A stretch of DNA of 62,074 nucleotides, counting the filler, from Stramenopiles sp. TOSAG23-2 (taxonomy: Eukaryota), in NCBI GenBank assembly GCA_900128395.1. It is 10 parts of 10 records of this genome, joined end to end, with 100 filler letters (N's around TTAATTAATTAA, not from the genome) between each part and the next. Parts side by side here need not be neighbours in the genome. Positions count along the whole stretch, not along the records: positions 55,984 to 62,074 come from LT650520.1; 9 more parts are not named here. One strand, given 5' to 3'. Below, piece by piece: positions 56,009 through 62,074 of the stretch. The notes below the pieces were generated by a model, which was not told where the DNA came from, did not search any database, and worked only from the letters and a program-made list of their open reading frames with translations. Position 1 is the first letter of the stretch. Every line of letters begins with the position of its first letter. The position numbers and the translations under genes are program-made.

Positions 56009-59000
56009 TTACTCTTTCCCTGGCAAATTGACGCCATTAACACTCATTGGTAATTCAGGATTATCCATTATTTTATATGTTTTAATTTTTTGACATAGTG
56101 GGCATTGATGAGCTTCTAGTTTGACACATGTTTGACCTTCGTATCGGTTACTATCACTATATAATTTATCAAACGATGATGAAAACAATAATTGGTAATC
56201 ATGACCTCGTTCAAACGTGTAAAAGATATTTGCGCCCATAATCAATTCGTGGCAATCTGAACAAGATCCTAACCATTTAAATGCTTGTCCATGCCCATTA
56301 TAATTGCGTATACGTGTATTTTCCGGAGGAGCAATAATTGGCTTTTCAGGTCGTTTGGCACGACCTATAATTTCGTTGTCCATCTTTGTTAATATCACTT
56401 GTACAACCCCGTCATTTAAATCATTGCAAGTAAACAGACCATGTGTTTTATGAGCATCGCAAGTAATGCCATTTTGAAGTTGTTTCCCTGCAAATGTATT
56501 TAAGACGGTTAATTTAAATTCAACTACATGTTCAATCAATTCTACTGAACGAAATGTTCCTAATTTATCTGGAATATTTGGACCAAAACATACGTTTTCT
56601 GCCAATGTCACCCATTCTTGAGACCTATCTATTTCATGCCCAGGTTCTTTCCTTGGGAATTCTTTGTATGGTATAAACCTTGTTTTATTAAAACCACGGT
56701 GAATATCATGCAATTGATATGTTAAATGATTTAATTGTTTTTGGATTTTTCCTAAATGTGCCATTTTGATCTTTCTCTTTACTGCTTCTTCATTTTCTTT
56801 TCTATCATTGTTTGCTATAATTGGTTTCTTCATCTTTTTTTTTGGAAGAATACAATTATTGACATCATCCTCATAACGTATCATTGCCGTACCTTCTCGT
56901 GAAAAACATTGTGGTTGATCTATTTTTGTATACATTATATCAAGGCTAAATTTATCATCGGCTACAATATGTGAATGGCATTCTTCTTCCGTACCTTCTT
57001 CACCAGTAACAGCATCGTCATACCGATATTTTAAAATCAATTCATAGACTTTTTCTTCCTCCTTTGCTGTAGGATCCACTTTAACGCCGAATAAAATATG
57101 ATAATACAATTCAACATCTTCATCTGGGTATAAATGCAATTCATTCGTTGTTTTATTTACTTTTTCTCGTACTATTGCAGTAACATCAATACCATCTGTA
57201 ACGGACCATAACTGTTTTGGGTTGCCATACCATGCCTTTAGTATATTTAAAGCATATCGTTTTTGTATTTTTCCACAATATTTTTGATGTACTGCATCAC
57301 CATCGTCATGTGTCGTATCGTCATCATCAGTTAATGCTTCCTCGCGCATTTTATTGTTGTTGTTGTTGTTGTTGTTATTTGCAATTAACTTGTGAATATG
57401 AAATGATTTTGATAATATATTTCGTCTTCCTCGTCTAGCACTACGCAACATACTTGTCGGTCTATGTCTCGTCTTCACCACCACATCGTGATTATTTACA
57501 ATCGTTTCACCCATGTTGATCTCTTTAAACTTTTCATCGTCGCCTTCATTATCTTCATCCGTTCCATCATCACCATCATTACTAATGTTGTCATCTTCTT
57601 CATCCGAATTATCATCTGTTGGTAAATCATCGTCGCCAACGTCCGATTCGTCTTTGCATTGTTTGTACTTTGCTTTTAAATCTTGACGCTTTGCTTTTTT
57701 TTCTCGAAGTTTTTCTTTTGTACGTTTGATCTTTCCTGTCATTGTTTTAATTTTTTGTTTGCGTTTTTCAGTTTTTTTTCTGTTACGCATTCGCTTCCGC
57801 TTTCTTTTCCTTCTTGATTTTTTTTTTCTAAGAAATCTAACCCTTTCTCTTATTTTTTTAATTCTCTTCTTGAATTTTGCGCAGTCCTTGCTACTATCAT
57901 CATCGCCTGCTCCTGGGGATGATCCTGGCGATGGTCCTGGGGATGGTCCTGGCGATGGTCCTGGCGACCCACTGTCTCCGTTATTACCTCCGTCGGTATT
58001 GCCTCCGTTATTTCCAACTCCTTCCCCTTTACCATCTGCTTTTGGTGGTGCAGCTCCACCTTCTGCTGGTGCCGCTTTCTCTGGTTTTTGAAACATGGCT
58101 CCAGAAAAATCAACATTAGACATTGTCTCTTCTATCTTGTTCATTCCTATTTTAGCTTTATTTAATATCTCTTTACCCTTTGCAACTAATTTTTCCCAAA
58201 AGGAATGGTCTGGATTCGATTTTGCAGCGTCAAGGGATTTTAACTCACCCTTCAACATTTTAACTTGCGCTTCTGCATTTTTCATCGCCCCAGCCAACTC
58301 CGGGTCTGCATTTGCAGATGCTTCAGCATGTTGTTTAATTTGTTTTTCTAAATGTTCTATTTTTGATCCAATTGCTGCTTCTTCTATTTTGATTTGATCT
58401 TTTAATAATTCAAGCCCTTCTTCTGCATGAATGTCTGCTTGCTTCTTTCCTGCTTCTTTTATTTTATTTTGCAATGTTGAAAGATATCCTCGCATGCTTC
58501 CAGGGCCATTTCGGGAAGCTTTTGCTTTTTCAGTTTCCTTCCATTTCTGTAACTCCTTATCAATTGTCTCGGATTTTTGTTGTGCCTGGTGAATAGCTTG
58601 CTTCATATCCATATGCATTTTTTCAGTTGTCTTTTCCTCTTCAAGTACTTTTCCTTCTTTTTTACCCATATGTGTTATTTCATCAAATAAATCATCAGCT
58701 TCTCCACCCTCGGGTTTACTTATTTGTGTAGATTGACAACTGCATGATTGCGAACACGATGCGCATACTTCTTTTGTCAATTTTGCTGCCATACAAATCC
58801 CAAAATCTTTTAATTTGTCTATAACCCCACATCTTGCTTTCGGGATATCAACACCTGGTGGTAATGATGGTGCTTTGTTTGGTGTATCATTATCCGTTCC
58901 TTGAGATTTTTTCTGATCTTCCAATTGTTTCTCGGAATTGTCATCTTTCACTGAGTTGCGTATAATATCACCATTAAATCCACCATCTTGAAGATTTTTC

Positions 59001-62000
59001 ATTGTAACTCTAGAATCCGCGTGTGGCAAATTAGGAGGCTCAATACCTATTTTTACAACCGTACCAGGTGGTTTCAAATGTTTCTTTGTCCATTCCCATT
59101 CCACACCTTCATGTTCTAACTTTACGAATATATTTGGGTTAGCATGTGGATCTAAATCCAACTCTTTCAATGCACATATTAATCTTTCCAACAAGCTTGG
59201 CTTGCATTTACAACCTTCATGGCCTTTTCCACCCTGAGGTGGTGGCGCTTTTACGTTTTTTTCGATTTCCTTCTTTATATCCTCCTGAGTTGGTTTTTTT
59301 TCATTTGTTGATGGCGGTGTTTTTGGTGCTGGTTTTGGTGCTTTTGCTTCATCCGCTTGTATAGATCCCATCTCGCTTAATTTTGGCGATTCTGCTTCAG
59401 CAGGTGCTGCTGCTGGCTTTGGCGCTGCTGGAGGAGGTGGTGCGGGGGCTGGTTTATCATCTCCACCTGTATCTTTACCTGTATCTCCACCTGCATCTTT
59501 ACCTGTATCTCCACCTGCATCTTTACCTTTATCTCCACCTGCATCTTTACCTTTATCTCCACCTGTATCTTTACCTTTATCTCCATCTGTATCTTTGCCT
59601 TTAGGAGCTGGTACAGGAGGAGCAGGGGGAGGTGGACAACATTTAATGTTATTACTTCCAGCACATTTGCCATGTAATACATCCGAATCACACTTTTCGT
59701 GGCGTAAATCAATACATTTTCCTTCTGCACCTTTACATTTCACATCGCACGATGGTGGGCCAGGACATTCCTTCCATTTATTTAAAAGTGCCGTATTTGC
59801 TTTTGCAGACTTATCATTTGGCAAACTATAACATTTTGATATTTTTATTTGATAAAATTTATAATCTTTATTGAAACATTCATACATAGTATTTGCACTT
59901 GGACATGCTGGTTGGCATGAACCTTGCACTTTGCTTTTCATTTCAACAAAAGACGACGTGCTACTTGGGTTATCCATATGCAAATGCGCTTTTCTTGCCA
60001 TGGCTCTTCTTTTTCGTTTGAAATTATTCCTTAAACTTAAATCTAGGAAACTGTTTGTTCTAGGTTTTACCATATTATTATTTTGATCGTCGCTTACATA
60101 AACAGATTTTTTTTGAATATTATTAGAATTTGTCACTGAATCGCCTTTGTTGGTGGATCCTTTCTTTCGAAGACCAACCATTTTATCATTGTTCTTAGCA
60201 TCGATCATCGTAGTTTTTCGAATCGTTTCACCCATGTTGATCTCTTTAAATTTACCACCACAATGTCCATCTGCACCCCAATTTTTTACAACTTTTACTT
60301 TCCTACCATCACCAAATGGATCTGGCTTTCCTAAAACATTATCAATGCATGTTTGGTCATTTCCAGCATCTCTAGCACGCCCATTATCATTACAATCATA
60401 ATTTTGACCTCCTTGATGTTTTGCCAAATATGCTTTACATTCCTCTGATTTATCCCCGCCTCCGCTATCTTTACCTCCACCTCCGCTATCTTTACCCCCG
60501 CCTCCGCTATCTTTACCCCCGCCTCCGCTATCTTTACCCCCGCCTCCAAGTTTTTTTGCTGCTTTTTTTATGCCTTTCACAACTTTCTTAATGAGACAAA
60601 ATATTTTTTTAAGTATTCCTTTTCCTTTTCCACATTTTTTTTTTCCCTTAGGTTTACCTGGTTTAAAGGGACTGCCTGAGGCGTCTTTAGCCGGCACCTT
60701 ATCTTCTGGACCTGCTTCATTTGCATCATCACCACCTTCCGTTCTTAAACCCTTAAGTTCTTCTACCATTGATTTAGGATTGTGACTATCCTCATGTTTG
60801 GATGGTGGTGGTCCTTTTTCTTGGTTTTCTATCTCGGCCGCATCTGCTTTTGCTTTATTGGCTATAAAAGTGCCAAGCAATTGACCTAAATCCCCTTTGC
60901 TTTTTGGGCATTCGTTTTTTTTATCACCGCAAGCACCTGCTTTCTTACATACTAAATCCTCTAGATCATCTGCGTTCATGCAATCAGTTCTTGATAATAT
61001 CTCTACACCAACTTCTTGAAATCCCATTTTTCCCAACTTGGAAACAAATTTCTTTGATGCTGCTGCAACTTTTTTAATGAAACAGGTAATGACACCTATT
61101 ACACCTTTACCTTTACCACATTTTTTCTTCTGCTCTTTTGCATCTGGTACAAGCACTTCTGGTTTCATTGGTGGTTTTTTATCTTTACAAACTGGCATAG
61201 GCGATGGCGATAAAAGACTAGCTACCGCACATGCTGGGCACGCGGGTGGGCTACCACCACCATCACCAGGACTTGGTCGTGGTTTTGGTGTTGGTCCAGG
61301 GCCATGGTTTGGTGATGCATTTGGTGATGCATTTGGTGATGCATTTGGTGATGCATTCGGTGATGCATTCGGTGATGCATTCGGTGATGCATTCGGTGAT
61401 ACACTAGGCAGTGATACATCTCGTGGTTCCATATTTGGTGTTGTTGGTGGTGCATGGCTTGGTGTTGCTACCGGTCGTGCCGCGCTTGGTTGTATTGGTG
61501 GTGGAGATGCATTTGGTGATGCACTTGGTGGCGTTGGTGGTGAATCTTTCTTATCCGGCATTCTACAAACCATTTTTTCATGTGGGCGTTGCATCATATT
61601 GCTTTTAGCATTTGCAATAGCAGCGGGCATTGGTTTTTCGTAAACAAAAGCTTCCCCTTTCTGTTTAAATTTAAGATTTAAAAATTTATCTACTGGTTCA
61701 TACTCATAGATTACCATGTCTCCATTTGAGTCCAAGTTAACTTGCTTGAATCCAAAGCCTAGTCCTTTTCCAACTGCTTTGAGACCTTTTCCAACAGCTT
61801 TTACAACTTTTTTTATTAGACATAAAATAGCACCAAGCAAACCTTTCTTGCACTTCTTTTTTCCACCGCCTGATCCGCCGCTGCCACCACCACCACCACT
61901 GCCACCACCACCACCACTACCTCCTCCACCAGCTCCTCCTGCTCCTGCAGCAGCAGCATCTGCTGTAGCTTTATCAGCCAAATTGTCTAACCCAGTACCC

Positions 62001-62074
62001 TCAAATGGCATTGCCTCCTCTCCACTACCACCACCACCACCACCACCTCCTCCTCCTCCTCCTCCTCCTCCTCT
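56009..62074 (-). CDS. >2000-aa modular polyprotein with AMP-like helices, Cys-rich modules, low-complexity linkers and C-terminal globular domains; 5' truncated
   Basis: Single open frame to the window end (21 further codons RGGG...SGEEA before the listed Met). Repeated C-x9/11-C helices; SPNA, GGGGKDS, DTGGDKGK and SPGP linkers. Confidence 0.8.
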   Translation of the reverse strand, partial: RGGGGGGGGGGGGGGGSGEEAMPFEGTGLDNLADKATADAAAAGAGGAGGGGSGGGGGSGGGGGSGGSGGGKKKCKKGLLGAILCLIKKVVKAVGKGLKAVGKGLGFGFKQVNLDSNGDMVIYEYEPVDKFLNLKFKQKGEAFVYEKPMPAAIANAKSNMMQRPHEKMVCRMPDKKDSPPTPPSASPNASPPPIQPSAARPVATPSHAPPTTPNMEPRDVSLPSVSPNASPNASPNASPNASPNASPNASPNASPNHGPGPTPKPRPSPGDGGGSPPACPACAVASLLSPSPMPVCKDKKPPMKPEVLVPDAKEQKKKCGKGKGVIGVITCFIKKVAAASKKFVSKLGKMGFQEVGVEILSRTDCMNADDLEDLVCKKAGACGDKKNECPKSKGDLGQLLGTFIANKAKADAAEIENQEKGPPPSKHEDSHNPKSMVEELKGLRTEGGDDANEAGPEDKVPAKDASGSPFKPGKPKGKKKCGKGKGILKKIFCLIKKVVKGIKKAAKKLGGGGKDSGGGGKDSGGGGKDSGGGGKDSGGGDKSEECKAYLAKHQGGQNYDCNDNGRARDAGNDQTCIDNVLGKPDPFGDGRKVKVVKNWGADGHCGGKFKEINMGETIRKTTMIDAKNNDKMVGLRKKGSTNKGDSVTNSNNIQKKSVYVSDDQNNNMVKPRTNSFLDLSLRNNFKRKRRAMARKAHLHMDNPSSTSSFVEMKSKVQGSCQPACPSANTMYECFNKDYKFYQIKISKCYSLPNDKSAKANTALLNKWKECPGPPSCDVKCKGAEGKCIDLRHEKCDSDVLHGKCAGSNNIKCCPPPPAPPVPAPKGKDTDGDKGKDTGGDKGKDAGGDKGKDAGGDTGKDAGGDTGKDTGGDDKPAPAPPPPAAPKPAAAPAEAESPKLSEMGSIQADEAKAPKPAPKTPPSTNEKKPTQEDIKKEIEKNVKAPPPQGGKGHEGCKCKPSLLERLICALKELDLDPHANPNIFVKLEHEGVEWEWTKKHLKPPGTVVKIGIEPPNLPHADSRVTMKNLQDGGFNGDIIRNSVKDDNSEKQLEDQKKSQGTDNDTPNKAPSLPPGVDIPKARCGVIDKLKDFGICMAAKLTKEVCASCSQSCSCQSTQISKPEGGEADDLFDEITHMGKKEGKVLEEEKTTEKMHMDMKQAIHQAQQKSETIDKELQKWKETEKAKASRNGPGSMRGYLSTLQNKIKEAGKKQADIHAEEGLELLKDQIKIEEAAIGSKIEHLEKQIKQHAEASANADPELAGAMKNAEAQVKMLKGELKSLDAAKSNPDHSFWEKLVAKGKEILNKAKIGMNKIEETMSNVDFSGAMFQKPEKAAPAEGGAAPPKADGKGEGVGNNGGNTDGGNNGDSGSPGPSPGPSPGPSPGSSPGAGDDDSSKDCAKFKKRIKKIRERVRFLRKKKSRRKRKRKRMRNRKKTEKRKQKIKTMTGKIKRTKEKLREKKAKRQDLKAKYKQCKDESDVGDDDLPTDDNSDEEDDNISNDGDDGTDEDNEGDDEKFKEINMGETIVNNHDVVVKTRHRPTSMLRSARRGRRNILSKSFHIHKLIANNNNNNNNNKMREEALTDDDDTTHDDGDAVHQKYCGKIQKRYALNILKAWYGNPKQLWSVTDGIDVTAIVREKVNKTTNELHLYPDEDVELYYHILFGVKVDPTAKEEEKVYELILKYRYDDAVTGEEGTEEECHSHIVADDKFSLDIMYTKIDQPQCFSREGTAMIRYEDDVNNCILPKKKMKKPIIANNDRKENEEAVKRKIKMAHLGKIQKQLNHLTYQLHDIHRGFNKTRFIPYKEFPRKEPGHEIDRSQEWVTLAENVCFGPNIPDKLGTFRSVELIEHVVEFKLTVLNTFAGKQLQNGITCDAHKTHGLFTCNDLNDGVVQVILTKMDNEIIGRAKRPEKPIIAPPENTRIRNYNGHGQAFKWLGSCSDCHELIMGANIFYTFERGHDYQLLFSSSFDKLYSDSNRYEGQTCVKLEAHQCPLCQKIKTYKIMDNPELPMSVNGVNLPGKE

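Noticed and set aside
1-62074. Treating the window as a gene cluster or operon
   Set aside because: It is ten size-sorted contigs joined by artificial linkers. Cross-linker neighbourhood is meaningless.
1-62074. tRNA, rRNA, telomeric repeats, transposase or viral genes
   Set aside because: None were recognisable by inspection. A covariance-model scan was not possible.

Overview
This is AT-rich, gene-dense, intron-poor eukaryotic DNA. It probably comes from a heterotrophic protist (a stramenopile is plausible but not proven) and looks like a single-cell or metagenome-assembled genome. The window is not one locus. It is ten ~6.1-kb contigs in decreasing length order, joined by artificial 100-nt linkers (44 N + TTAATTAATTAA + 44 N), so adjacency across linkers has no biological meaning. 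Housekeeping genes include cytosolic GluRS, PP2C, WDR33/PFS2, a BRPF-like chromatin reader, a HAUS2-like protein, an ABCC transporter and a CDF zinc transporter. Secreted or lysosomal hydrolases include a C45 Ntn-hydrolase, a C1A protease, a GH33 sialidase and an arylsulfatase. The most interesting signal is a family of probably secreted polyproteins (14194-15114 and the >2000-aa ORF at 56009-62074). They carry repeated C-x9/11-C cationic amphipathic helices resembling antimicrobial or pore-forming peptides, separated by recurring candidate processing motifs. A second signal is an identical 18-bp palindromic insertion with perfect 8-bp target-site duplications at two unlinked loci (a hAT-like minimal element). 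One whole contig is a 6.1-kb fold-back palindrome, most likely an amplification artefact.
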